DNA from: a bacterium
GTDB taxonomy: Bacteria > J088 > JAWLBW01
Length of the DNA stretch: 64,000 nt
Assembly (NCBI GenBank): GCA_041690355.1
Contig: JAWLHK010000016.1
Location: 1-64,000, forward strand
Direction of reading: 5' to 3'
In this document: piece by piece, positions 1 through 9,664 of the stretch
Layout of the letters: each line of letters starts with the position of its first letter
How positions within the stretch are numbered: the first letter of the stretch is position 1
Position numbers and translations under genes: made by a program
The notes under the pieces: generated by a model
Database searches by the model: none
What the model was told of the DNA's origin: nothing
Seen by the model: the letters and a program-made list of their open reading frames with translations, nothing else

Positions 1-86
1 AGGCCGAAACCCGGTCAGATTAATTTATTGAAGTACTCGACCCGTTCAAAAGAACGTTTCGAGGCCCTTGCACGATTCCTATTCAG

Positions 87-114
87 TTGTCAAAGAGCGC
101 GCTGCTTGTGCAGC
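87..114 (-). promoter_or_regulatory. rRNA operon leader: boxB-like hairpin and boxA antitermination element
   Basis: The minus strand reads GCTGC-ACAA-GCAGC (101-114), then GCTCTTTGACAA (87-98, boxA consensus GCTCTTTAACAA) followed by CTGAATAG. The 16S gene itself is not in the window. Confidence 0.65.
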
Positions 115-127
115 AGCTGAGTTTTTT

Positions 128-157
128 ACTTTAACACGTTCTGGTAACCGAAGTCAA
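128..157 (-). promoter_or_regulatory. sigma70-type promoter, probably rrn
   Basis: TTGACT (157-152), 18-bp spacer ending TGn, TAAAGT (133-128), directly upstream of boxB/boxA. Confidence 0.6.
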
Positions 158-545
158 GGACAATCGGTGCCAGCCAAGGGGTACCGCGCCGTGCCGGGGA
201 CATCTCGTCCCGAGCGGGCCCGTCTGCGCAACGGAAACCGAAGGGCAGACCGCCATCCGGAGCACAACGGCCGTGAAGCACCTGTGTCCGCGTGGCGCGG
301 TACGCTTTCCAAAACGGCTTCGCTTCTCAAGACAGAGCCTGGGATTCGAAAACCGCGGGGCTGGACTCTTCGGGGGAATCCCACCCGGAGACACCGGGCG
401 AGAACGAAGACGTAACCAGAACAAGCGTTACGTATCCGAATACATTACCTTGCCTTGTGTGTGATGTCAAGGATGCATACGCGAAAAACCACAATAACCG
501 TCCAGAATTTGGCCGTCGGCCTCCCGAGCGCTACAATGTTCGCCT

Positions 546-1229
546 ATGTCGAGCTGTACCCTTCTTCTTGTCGCCCCCGAAGACTGGACCCTGCACCTGC
601 GCCAGACGCTGTTCGCCCGCGAAGGAATGCGCATCGTGCAGGCAGGCAATTTCACCGAAGCCCGCCAGAAAGCGCGCTTCGCGCCTCCCGATCTGGCCAT
701 CGTATTGGCCGATGCCGGGTCGGCCGAAGTCGAAGCGTTCTGCAAGTGGCTGCGCGCGGAGATGGAGAAGAAGGTCACGGTCGTCGTCATGCTGCCGGCC
801 GACGATCCGGCCCGGGCGCGCGCGCTGACGGCGGTCGGCGCCGACGAAGTGATCATGCAGCCGGCCTCGTCCGAGGCGCTCACGCCGCTGGTCGCGCGAA
901 TGCTCGAAGCCCCGATGCGCCAGGAGATCCGCGTTCCGGCAGAGATCCGAATTCTCGGCGAAACTGCGCTGGGCACGCTGCAGGGGCTCACGCGCAACGT
1001 CTCGATGGGCGGCGCGCTGCTCGAGCTCACCGGCGTCGAAATCCGGTCGGGCGACACCCTGTTCGTGCGCCTTCATCCGCACACGGCCGATCGGCCGATC
1101 ATCGTGCGTGCCGAAGTCAAGCGCGTCGCCATGCACGAGATGTCGTACCAGGTGGGCGTGGCCTTCACGCAGTTTGAGAAGGACGGGCGCGATCTGCTCG
1201 CCGCATTCCTTCAGACCGTGACGGCCTGA
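546..1229 (+). CDS. pseudo-receiver + PilZ domain protein
   Basis: N-terminal REC-like fold without the phospho-Asp (PDLAIVLAD). C-terminal PilZ motifs RxxxR (RQEIR) and NxSxxG (NVSMGG). Confidence 0.85.
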   Translation: MSSCTLLLVAPEDWTLHLRQTLFAREGMRIVQAGNFTEARQKARFAPPDLAIVLADAGSAEVEAFCKWLRAEMEKKVTVVVMLPADDPARARALTAVGADEVIMQPASSEALTPLVARMLEAPMRQEIRVPAEIRILGETALGTLQGLTRNVSMGGALLELTGVEIRSGDTLFVRLHPHTADRPIIVRAEVKRVAMHEMSYQVGVAFTQFEKDGRDLLAAFLQTVTA

Positions 1230-1304
1230 GAACACCCTTCCCCAACCGACGGAAACGTACGGGAGAGCCGCACGCCGGCGCGCAGATCCGTTCGCCGGGT
1301 CCGC

Positions 1305-2660
1305 TCAATCGAAGAATGCCGTGGGCTCGAAGGCCAGCGTGCTGACGAGGTGAACTTGCGGCGACGCCGATTCCACCAGTCCGTCGCCGCCTGTGGCCGC
1401 CAGCGCCGTCAGCTCGAGGCCGAATACGGCGTAACGCTGCCAGGCGACCCCCACCGTTCCCCCGTAAAGCAGAAAAGAGTGATCGGCTTCGAGATGCCCA
1501 TTGTCGACCGCCCCGTCATCATCGAGGTCCATGCGGCTCGAGCCGAACTCCATCCCGAGCTCAGGCCCGACGTAGACGCGTAGACTGCCGGGGAACCAGT
1601 TGTATGTCGGGCGCAGCCCCATCTGGAAACTATCGAGCCAGGCCATGGGCGTCGCAGTGTCGTCGTCATAGCTGTAGCCAGCATAGCGGTACTCTGCGTA
1701 ACGGCCCCAGAGCGCGCCGGAAAAAGCGCTCCTGCCGAATTCGAGCCGGCCGCCGATCCCGAAACCGTCCAGGTCGCCGCGATCCAATTCAAAGTCGCCG
1801 ACCGACTCCTCTTGCGGTACATAGGCGCGCGAAAGCGCAAACAGCCCTTCGGCGCCGATCGTCGCCCACCACTGCTTGGGTCCGCGCTCGAGGGTGACCG
1901 TGCGGCGAATCGATTCCCCTTCGGACACGTTCAGCGTGAACTCCTGCGGCGTGTAATCGCGGGCGACGATCCGCACCTGATATTCCCCCGCCTGGACCTC
2001 GCGCTCGAGGCGGCCCGAGCCCACGCGGCTGCCGTTGATGAAAATCGAGGCGCTCGGTTCCGTCGTCAGCACGAGCCGGGTCACGCCGTCGGTCGCCACG
2101 GCCTGCGGCGCCTCGCGGCGCGCGCCCGAATCGGCGCTGCGATTGGCCTTGGTCTTCGTTCCGGGCGGCCAGATGCGGCCGCTGATCGACTGCAGCGAGG
2201 CGAGTACCGCTTCGGGATCACAGGCCATCGTCTCGAAGAGCGAACTCGCAATGGTTCCCTTGCGCACTTCCTTGACGCGCATGCTCAACGTGCACTGCTT
2301 CCCGAACGGTTCCACTTCGGCCTCGAGCATGTAGTCGACCCCGGGGAGCGCCTTGGCCATCGCGAAGCGGCACTCGGCCTTGGAGCAATCTTCGAGCTTG
2401 AATTTGCGCTGCAGCAGAAGCGTGTCACGCGTTCCCTGATCGAGCATCTGGACCTCGGGGAGCGCCGCAAGTTCCGCCGACATGGCCCGGGTCAAAAGCG
2501 CCGCAGATTTCCGCAGATCCGGTAGCTCTTCGCTCACGAAGACGTCGAAGAAGACCATGCGCGGGACGTTGTTCTGCGCCGTGGCCGAGAGCGGAAAGGA
2601 AGCCAGGGAAAGGAGAAGCAATGCTGCCGTGACGGCAACGATCCGAAGCGGGAATTTCAT
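1305..2660 (-). CDS. exported PEGA-domain protein with CsgG/TolB-N-like N-domain and putative C-terminal beta-barrel (paralog 1)
   Basis: Signal peptide; PEGA motif LVLTTEPSASIFING...GEYQVRI; amphipathic aromatic strands at the C-terminus. Confidence 0.75.
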   Translation of the reverse strand: MKFPLRIVAVTAALLLLSLASFPLSATAQNNVPRMVFFDVFVSEELPDLRKSAALLTRAMSAELAALPEVQMLDQGTRDTLLLQRKFKLEDCSKAECRFAMAKALPGVDYMLEAEVEPFGKQCTLSMRVKEVRKGTIASSLFETMACDPEAVLASLQSISGRIWPPGTKTKANRSADSGARREAPQAVATDGVTRLVLTTEPSASIFINGSRVGSGRLEREVQAGEYQVRIVARDYTPQEFTLNVSEGESIRRTVTLERGPKQWWATIGAEGLFALSRAYVPQEESVGDFELDRGDLDGFGIGGRLEFGRSAFSGALWGRYAEYRYAGYSYDDDTATPMAWLDSFQMGLRPTYNWFPGSLRVYVGPELGMEFGSSRMDLDDDGAVDNGHLEADHSFLLYGGTVGVAWQRYAVFGLELTALAATGGDGLVESASPQVHLVSTLAFEPTAFFD

Positions 2661-2710
2661 GGCCGGTTCCGTGACAAGGCTTCAGCGTCCATGCAGGGAA
2701 GATTCGACAC

Positions 2711-4072
2711 TCAGTCGGCCCAGCCGGCGAGGCTGAACCAAGACATCGGCTCAAGGCCGGCCACGATCGTGCCGTAGACGGCAGGCGTCCCGCTCGTATC
2801 GATGTACGCCGCCACCTCGAGGCCGAGGTTGCCGTAGGCCTGCAGACCCATGCCCAATGTCCCGCCGAGCATCAGGCGCTCATCGTCATCGTCTGCCTCG
2901 AAGATTTCCAACCCCGTGTCGAGGCTGGCCGCGAAGCGGGCGGGACCCCAGAACCAGTTCGTTCCGAAGCGGCCCCCGAACTGATAGGCCTCGAAGTCGT
3001 TGTCCAGATAGTAGCCCTCGCGGTCATGATCGGGCCAGATCTGGAAGTAGCGGAACCATGCACCGGAAAACCACCAGGCCTTTCCAAACTCCAAGCGGAA
3101 ATCGAACCCGTGGAACGGCGAACTCCCGGCGCCGAAAACAGAAAGGTCGGTCGGAAATGATTCCGATGAAGAATCCGATTCCGCAATGTAGTACCCGGTT
3201 TCTTCTCGGCTGACGACGTACAGGAGCCCCGAACCCAGCGTGAACCAGAAGTCGCGCGGTCCGGGATTCAGCGAAACCTCCCGGCGCAGCGATTCGCCCG
3301 GCTTCACCGCGAGCGAGAACTCCTCGGCGACGTGGTCGCGCTTGCGGATCGAAATCCGGCGTTCGCCCTCGCCGATGCGCAGCGGCTCGCTCGTGCGCCC
3401 CAGGCGCTCGCCGTCGACGTAGACCCAGGCCGGGGGCGTGCTCTCGACCTGCAGCGTGGCCAGGTTTGCACGCGCGGCAAGAAGACTTCCGCCAGGTGAG
3501 CCGCCGGGCACCTCCACGGTCCGCCTCTTCGCCGGAGCGGGCGCGGCCGGCGCGGCGACCGGCTTGCGGCGCGCGGGGGGCCAGATCCGCCGGCTGGTCG
3601 CGCGCAGCGTGGACAGCACGTTCTCGGGTGCGCAGTCCATCGTTTCGAACAGGGAACTAGCAATCGTTCCCTTGCGCACGTCCTTTACGCGCATGCTGAG
3701 GGTGCACTGCCTGCCGAACGGTTCCACTTCGGCTTCGAGCATGTAGTCGACCCCGGGGAGCGCCTTCGCCATCGCGAAGCGGCACTCGGCCTTGCCGCAG
3801 TCTTCGAGCTTGAACTTGCGCTGCAGCAGCAGCGTGTCGCGCGTGCCCTGGTCGAGCATCTGCACTTCGGGGAGCGCCGCAAGTTCGGCCGACATGGCCC
3901 GGGTGAGCAGCGCCGAAGATTTCCGCAGATCGGGGAGCTCTTCGCTCACGAATACGTCGAAGAAGACCATGCGCGGCTGGTTGTTCTGCCCTGCGGCAGG
4001 GAGCGGAAAGGCGATCAGGAACACGAAGAGCAGCGCTGCGGCCGTTGCAGCCTTTTGAAGCGGAGATGTCAT
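2711..4072 (-). CDS. exported PEGA-domain protein (paralog 2)
   Basis: Start ATG 4072 (MTSPLQK). N-domain nearly identical to 1305..2660; PEGA LQVESTPPAWVYVDG; aromatic beta-strand C-terminus. Confidence 0.75.
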   Translation of the reverse strand: MTSPLQKAATAAALLFVFLIAFPLPAAGQNNQPRMVFFDVFVSEELPDLRKSSALLTRAMSAELAALPEVQMLDQGTRDTLLLQRKFKLEDCGKAECRFAMAKALPGVDYMLEAEVEPFGRQCTLSMRVKDVRKGTIASSLFETMDCAPENVLSTLRATSRRIWPPARRKPVAAPAAPAPAKRRTVEVPGGSPGGSLLAARANLATLQVESTPPAWVYVDGERLGRTSEPLRIGEGERRISIRKRDHVAEEFSLAVKPGESLRREVSLNPGPRDFWFTLGSGLLYVVSREETGYYIAESDSSSESFPTDLSVFGAGSSPFHGFDFRLEFGKAWWFSGAWFRYFQIWPDHDREGYYLDNDFEAYQFGGRFGTNWFWGPARFAASLDTGLEIFEADDDDERLMLGGTLGMGLQAYGNLGLEVAAYIDTSGTPAVYGTIVAGLEPMSWFSLAGWAD

Positions 4073-4238
4073 GCCGGTAAGAAGACGGAGGTTGACAATC
4101 CGGCCGCGCCGGGAGACTCCCCGGGGTCGCATCTGCGCGATGCGGAACGGCCACCAGAAACGGGCACATTCTACCGGCTCGCTCCCCGGACTGCAAACCC
4201 GGCGGAGCGCACGGCGTGTCCGACGGCGGAACGGGTTT

Positions 4239-5576
4239 TCAGCCGCCCTTGCGGCGCCGCACGAGATCTTCGAAGCTCTGCGGAACCTTCATTGCCAGGA
4301 TGAGCAGCTCGCCGATGTCGAAGGTCGCATCGGTGCCCGGCCCGTTGTCGCCGTAGAGGATGTTGACGACCTTGCCCTTGAAGACGATGGGGATGACGAA
4401 GCCGCTGCGGGGCTCCTTGCCGCCGAGCAGCTTGAGAAAGCGGTTGTTGATGGGGGTCTTGGGGATGGCGCCGAGAAAGTGCGCGCGCATCTCGCAGACG
4501 GTCTTGAACACCGACGGGGCCCCGAGCGGAATCATGAGCTGCTCGATGTTTTCGCGGCGGATGTTGCCCCCGAAACCGTCCCACCCCATGACCATGTCAG
4601 TGCGCACGGCGAAGAGCACGTTGCGCTTGAAGGTGGCCGAGGCGAACCCGAGCACGACGCGGGCGATCTGATCGCGATCTTCCACATGCTGGAGCGCTTT
4701 GGTGGCCTGCTGAAGCGTGAGCTGGCGCGGCGGCGGCGGCGCATCGTCGAGCTTCGGCGATTCCACCTGTGCCTGCGCGGGGGCCGCCGTCTGTGCGGGA
4801 GCCTCGGGTTCGGCAGCGGGGGCGGGCGCGGGCGCGTCCTCGGCTTCGCCGAGAACGATGAGCTCGCTCTCATCTTCCTGCACGTCACCGAGGAGCACGA
4901 CCTCGTCCTCACCCGACGCCTCGCTCTCGGTCATGCCGAAGCCCTGGGTGAGGCGCGTGAATTCCGCCTCGTCCATCAGATCGCCGCCGCCCGCGTCTTC
5001 GGCCCCCTTCTCTGCGACGCCGGATGCCGAAAGCACCTTGCGCGGCGCCTCGGGCACGACGGCGGCGCCGCCACCTGCCGCGGGAGTCGAACCGGCCCGC
5101 AGGGCCATCTGATCGGTGCGGCTGAGGGTCACGTAGCGCACGTCGCGCTTCGTGCCATACAGGCGGTTCAGCAGAAAGTAGATGCGGACTTCGGGAGCCA
5201 CATAGACCTGCAGGCGGCATCCCGAGGCGAAGGCGAGCTCGTCCTGAGCCGCCACGTCGCCCGGATTGGCCATGACGACGTGCAGAACCTTGTCCTTCTT
5301 GACCATCGGCACGGCAAGCAGCCGCTCGGCCAGCGCCTTCGGGAGCAGCTTGGCGACCGAAACATGCATTTTGGCGTAGGCCTGCGGCGCCACGGTCGAC
5401 ACGCCGTGCTGCACACTCAGGTAGTTCCCCAGGACCGACTCGTTGATGTAGCCGAGGTCCATGAGGTTGGTGCCGAGGCGGCCGCCGTAGATGACCTGAT
5501 TGCTGATGGCGTCGTCGAGCTGGCGCGGCGTGATGGCGCGCGCGCGAACGAGTATGTCACCGAGAAGCTGAGGCAT
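4239..5576 (-). CDS. MshEN/T2SSE_N domain protein without ATPase, C-terminal GAF-like domain (FrgA-like)
   Basis: LLGDILV...QLDDAISNQ / RLGTNLMDLGYI...LSVQ tandem motif; acidic Pro/Ala linker; no Walker A. Confidence 0.75.
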   Translation of the reverse strand: MPQLLGDILVRARAITPRQLDDAISNQVIYGGRLGTNLMDLGYINESVLGNYLSVQHGVSTVAPQAYAKMHVSVAKLLPKALAERLLAVPMVKKDKVLHVVMANPGDVAAQDELAFASGCRLQVYVAPEVRIYFLLNRLYGTKRDVRYVTLSRTDQMALRAGSTPAAGGGAAVVPEAPRKVLSASGVAEKGAEDAGGGDLMDEAEFTRLTQGFGMTESEASGEDEVVLLGDVQEDESELIVLGEAEDAPAPAPAAEPEAPAQTAAPAQAQVESPKLDDAPPPPRQLTLQQATKALQHVEDRDQIARVVLGFASATFKRNVLFAVRTDMVMGWDGFGGNIRRENIEQLMIPLGAPSVFKTVCEMRAHFLGAIPKTPINNRFLKLLGGKEPRSGFVIPIVFKGKVVNILYGDNGPGTDATFDIGELLILAMKVPQSFEDLVRRRKGG

Positions 5577-5713
5577 AGAAGCGCCGATTATGGTACCAGC
5601 ATGAGCGCCGAATGTCCTGACGCGCGGCGGCACGGCCCTCTCCCGGGTGCGCGGGATGCGGCAGCGCCTTCGCCCTTCGTGAATTCCCCACGCAGAACCG
5701 GTAGCCTGTCAAC

Positions 5714-6571
5714 ATGGCGTTTCTGCTCGCTCTGCCGCCGAAGTTCTCGTTCGAAGCGACCGTGCTTTCACATGGGTGGGTCTTTCTCCCGCCGTTCGCA
5801 TGGGACGGCACGACCCTGCAGGTTCCCCTGGAAGCAGACGAAACGGCCCGGGGCAGTGCGACCGTCCGTATCGAAAGCGTTTCCGGCCGCAGACTGCGCG
5901 TGCACGGGCCGGCCCGAACCCCGCGAGCCGCAACCGAAGCGGCCGTCCGCTGGATGCTGCGGGTCGACGAAGACTTCGCGGCGCTCGACCGGATCGCCCG
6001 CATGGATACGCTCGTGCGCGCCGCCCGCCGCCGGGGCGCCGGACGCCTGCTGCGCGCCCCTTCGGTCTGGGAAGAAGCGGTGCGCGTCCTGTGCACGACG
6101 AACATCAGCTGGTCGGGAACGATCCGCATGATGACCGGGCTCGTGGCCCTCGGCGGCGGGCGCTTCCCCACGCCGAGGCAGATTCTCCATCTACCGGGCG
6201 ACCGCCTGCGGCGCGACGCGGGGCTGGGCTATCGGGTCGAAGCCCTGCGCGAGCTGGCTGAGCGGGTGATCGCCGGGCTCGATCTGGAAGCGTGGAAGTC
6301 GAATCCGCCAGAACGGGACGCGCTCGAGGCCGAAATCGGCGCCTGGCGCGGGTTCGGCCCCTACGCCACGGCCCACCTGCTCGTACAGCTCGGACACTAT
6401 CATCGCCTGCCCATCGACAGCGAAGTCGTCGCTTTTCACCGCGAACAGGGCCTGCCGGCAGAGCCGGCCGCTATCGCCGCGCACTATGCGCAATACGGCG
6501 ACCATGCCTTCCTGATCTACAAGCTGCGGCGGATCGCCTTGCGGCGCAACTGGATCGGCGAGCCGCACTGA
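5714..6571 (+). CDS. HhH-GPD DNA glycosylase (AlkA/OGG1-like)
   Basis: GRLLRAPSVWE, GLGYR, HhH motif WRGFGPYATA, LPIDS catalytic Asp. Confidence 0.85.
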   Translation: MAFLLALPPKFSFEATVLSHGWVFLPPFAWDGTTLQVPLEADETARGSATVRIESVSGRRLRVHGPARTPRAATEAAVRWMLRVDEDFAALDRIARMDTLVRAARRRGAGRLLRAPSVWEEAVRVLCTTNISWSGTIRMMTGLVALGGGRFPTPRQILHLPGDRLRRDAGLGYRVEALRELAERVIAGLDLEAWKSNPPERDALEAEIGAWRGFGPYATAHLLVQLGHYHRLPIDSEVVAFHREQGLPAEPAAIAAHYAQYGDHAFLIYKLRRIALRRNWIGEPH

Positions 6572-6679
6572 CCGCCGGCACGGCCCCCACCTGGGGAATC
6601 CGCGGTTTCGGGCTCTCCCCAGGGAAGCAGACCGTAATGCAGGAGCCTCTATTCTGTGGGGCTCTTGAAGCGGGTGGCT

Positions 6680-7174
6680 TCAGAAGGCGCCGAGCTTGCG
6701 GCGCCAGAACAGCAGCTCCACCGAATCGGGGAGCAGATAGCCGGGAAGCCGGCCCACCATGCGATAGCTGTGGCGCTCGTAGAAGCGCCGCGCGCCGGTG
6801 TTGAACTCGGGCACGAGCACGAACAGATCGTCGCCCACGGCGCTCTCGGTCGCCTGCAGCAGAGCCGACCCCGCATGCTCGTTGCGCCGGTCTGACCGCA
6901 CGCCCAGCGCGCGCAGATAGCCGCTGCGCCCGAAGCCGCCGCGCGTGAGGAACCACGAAAAACCGATGATGCCGCCATCGGCCTCGCCCACGATGAGCCC
7001 CTCGTTGCGCTCGATGGCGCCGACGAGCAACGCCTCTGCGCGCAGCGTGTTGATGCCGAACCGCTCGCGCCAGAAGGGGGTCTCGCCGATGAGCGCGGCG
7101 GCCGCCGCGATGTCATCGGAGGTCATCGGCCGGATGTTGATGTCGGGGTACCGTTCGGGCGCCGCATGGACCAT
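6680..7174 (-). CDS. GNAT family N-acetyltransferase
   Basis: YLRALGVRSDRRNEHAGSALL (motif A) and NTGARRFYERHSY (motif B). Confidence 0.85.
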   Translation of the reverse strand: MVHAAPERYPDINIRPMTSDDIAAAAALIGETPFWRERFGINTLRAEALLVGAIERNEGLIVGEADGGIIGFSWFLTRGGFGRSGYLRALGVRSDRRNEHAGSALLQATESAVGDDLFVLVPEFNTGARRFYERHSYRMVGRLPGYLLPDSVELLFWRRKLGAF

Positions 7175-7260
7175 ACCCCCACCCTAGGGTTCCCTGCACG
7201 ACAAAGTCAATGAAAATCGACAGTTCAGCCGACCCCCGCCGCCAGCCCGCCTGCCGGCCG

Positions 7261-7289
7261 TTGACGGCGCCGCCGCTTCCTGCTTCAAT
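7261..7289 (+). promoter_or_regulatory. sigma70-type promoter of the btu operon
   Basis: TTGACG, 17-bp spacer ending TGc, TTCAAT, immediately before the riboswitch. Confidence 0.55.
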
Positions 7290-7299
7290 GGAGCCGTTC

Positions 7300-7462
7300 A
7301 GCGCCAGGGGTCCCCCGCGGGGGTGAAAAGGGAAGCCGGTGAAAATCCGGCACGGTCCCGCCACTGTAAATGCCGAGCGTGCGGCCACGAAGCCACTGTC
7401 CCGAAGCGGATGGGAAGGCGGCCGCAACGCGATGACGCATGAGTCAGGAGACCTGCCCGGGC
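7300..7462 (+). promoter_or_regulatory. cobalamin (AdoCbl) riboswitch
   Basis: Conserved blocks AAAAGGGAAGCCGGTGAAAATCCGGCACGGTCCCGCCACTGT, GCCACTG...GGGAAGGC and the B12 box GAGTCAGGAGACCTGCC, upstream of a TonB-dependent receptor. Confidence 0.95.
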
Positions 7463-7581
7463 GTATCCGTCAACCGCTTTCTTCCGAGGAGAAGAGGGGT
7501 GCGCTCGACTCGACGTCTTTCGCTTCCATTCCGGCCTGCCGGCGCGCAGCCTCCTCATGTCCGCATGAGGAGACGGCCGCG

Positions 7582-9657
7582 GTGCATCCGCTGATCGGCA
7601 TCATCACCTTCGCGGCCGCCGTGACCGCACCGGCGCCCGAACCGGTGTCCACTGCCGGAGCCGCGGCCGCATGGACCGCACCCGCGACACGCGCAGCCAC
7701 CGAACCCGTTGCCCCGGGGCCCGGGCCCGCACCGTTTGCAGCCACCAAATCCGTTGCCGCACTGCCGGCAACCGCACCGGTCACCGCAGCCGAAGCCGAA
7801 TTTCCCCTGCTGCCGGCCGTCGAGGTCGTCGAGCGCCGGGGCTTCGATCCGCGCACCGGCGCCGGAAGCTCAATCCCGGTCGCGGCCGCGCGTCATCGCC
7901 TGCAGGATACCGGCGAACTGCTCGCCGCCGAAACCAGCGTGACCGTGCGCCAGAGCGGCGGCGGCCACCAGACGGTCTCCATCCGCGGCAGCGGCGCCCA
8001 GCACGTCACCTGGCACATCAACGGCGTCCCCCTCCCCTCCGATCTGAACGGACTCGTGTCCCCGGGCCTCCTTCCGCTCGAGGCGCTGGAACGTATCGAT
8101 ATCTACCGCGGATCCGCACCGCCGGCGTTCAGCCGCAGCCCGCTCGGCGGCGCCGTCGACATCGTGACCCGCGACCCCGCCGCGGTACCCACGGGCGGAC
8201 GCGTCGCCATCGGCAGCTTCGGAAGCGCCGAAACCGCGCTCCACACCGCCTACCGCGCGGGCTCGAGCACCCTGCTGATCGGCGGGGCCCTCGATCGCAC
8301 CGCCGGCGACTTCCGCTACAGAGACGACGGGGGAACGCCGTGGAGCGCCTCCGACGACCAGGTTCGGACGCGGGGGAACAACGATCGCACGGGGGGCACC
8401 GGGTTTCTTCTCCTCGCCGCGGGGGACGATCGGCACCGGCTGCGCGGGCACCTGCTCGCGACCGGACGCAACCAGGGGCTTCCGGGTTACGGCTTCGCAC
8501 CGGCGACGGCCGCGCGGCTCGATTCCCGCCTCGGCATCGCGGGCGCGGAGCACGAGTTCCGCAGCGGCAACCTCGCGACCCGCACGGCCCTCTTCGGGGG
8601 CACCCTTCGCGATCACTTCCACGATCCGCTCGGTGAGCTGGTCTTCGCCGCCAGCCATTCACTGACGACCGTTCTTCAGTACGGCGCGCGCAACGCCGGC
8701 GAGGTCTCCGTCGGCGACTTCACGCCGGAGTGGGCCGTCGAGGCCGAAGCGCTCACGCTCAAGACGCAGCGCGAGGTACCTTCGCCACGCCATGACGTCC
8801 GTCGGACGGCGGCGACCGGGGGCCTGACGTGGGACAGGCCCTGGCTGCGGCTGCTCGGCGCCGCGCAGGGGGAATTTCGGGACGTTTCCTCTTCGGACGC
8901 CGGCGTGGAATCTGCGCAGTTTCTGCACGGTCTGCGCGCCGGCGCCGCCGTCCCCCTGCCCCGCGGACTGACTTTTCTCGGCAATGCCGGAACCGGATAC
9001 CGCAGCCCGACGGCCGTGGAGCTCTTCGGTCTGGGCGGTACGCAGCTTCCCAATCCGGGACTGCGGTCGGAGCGGGGCCGCTTCGTCGACGCGGGCGTGC
9101 AGTGGATCGGCCGGCGCGGCGCATGGGGCTGGATGGCCGATCTGCGCTGGTTCCGCCAGGAAATCGAGGACCTGATCGCGACCTACCAGACGACCCCGAA
9201 AACGACGCGCGCCGTCAACTTCGAGGCCGCGCTCGCCAACGGATACGAAGCCGACATCCAGGTACGGCGCGGCGGCTTCTCTCTGCGCGGCAACGGGGTC
9301 TATCAGGGGATTCTCAATCAGAGCAGCGTGGCCTATTACGCCGGCAAGCAGCTCCCCGGGCGCCCCGTCTGGGAAGGGCTTGCCGAGGCCCGCTGGGACC
9401 TTGACGACTGGACACCGGCCTGGCGCTTCAGCGCGCAGGGGGATATTTTTCTCGACCCCGTGAATACCGAAGCGCGGCGCATCCCCGTCCGCCGCTATCA
9501 CGATCTCGCCCTCACGTGGCGCCCGAGCCGCGGGCTGCAGCTGACCGCGAGCGTCGACAATCTTACCGATGAACGGTCCTACGACTTTCTCGGCTATCCG
9601 CTCCCGGGCCGGAGGTTCGGCCTGGTACTCCAATTCTCAACCCCGAACAGACTCTGA
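7582..9657 (+). CDS. btuB: TonB-dependent cobalamin receptor
   Basis: GTG start after GAGGAG. Plug motifs SIRGSG, LERIDIYRG...GGAVDIVT; barrel end VDNLTDE...PGRRF; riboswitch context. Confidence 0.85.
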   Translation: MHPLIGIITFAAAVTAPAPEPVSTAGAAAAWTAPATRAATEPVAPGPGPAPFAATKSVAALPATAPVTAAEAEFPLLPAVEVVERRGFDPRTGAGSSIPVAAARHRLQDTGELLAAETSVTVRQSGGGHQTVSIRGSGAQHVTWHINGVPLPSDLNGLVSPGLLPLEALERIDIYRGSAPPAFSRSPLGGAVDIVTRDPAAVPTGGRVAIGSFGSAETALHTAYRAGSSTLLIGGALDRTAGDFRYRDDGGTPWSASDDQVRTRGNNDRTGGTGFLLLAAGDDRHRLRGHLLATGRNQGLPGYGFAPATAARLDSRLGIAGAEHEFRSGNLATRTALFGGTLRDHFHDPLGELVFAASHSLTTVLQYGARNAGEVSVGDFTPEWAVEAEALTLKTQREVPSPRHDVRRTAATGGLTWDRPWLRLLGAAQGEFRDVSSSDAGVESAQFLHGLRAGAAVPLPRGLTFLGNAGTGYRSPTAVELFGLGGTQLPNPGLRSERGRFVDAGVQWIGRRGAWGWMADLRWFRQEIEDLIATYQTTPKTTRAVNFEAALANGYEADIQVRRGGFSLRGNGVYQGILNQSSVAYYAGKQLPGRPVWEGLAEARWDLDDWTPAWRFSAQGDIFLDPVNTEARRIPVRRYHDLALTWRPSRGLQLTASVDNLTDERSYDFLGYPLPGRRFGLVLQFSTPNRL

Positions 9658-9664
9658 GGATTCC

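Noticed and set aside
160-500. Small ORFs or a riboswitch upstream of the PilZ gene
   Set aside because: The ORFs lack coding character. Only a short inverted repeat (TGGGATTC/GAATCCCA) is present, and I could not match a c-di-GMP riboswitch consensus.
7339-7581. N-terminal extension of btuB in the ORF track
   Set aside because: It overlaps the riboswitch; the SD-supported start is GTG 7582.
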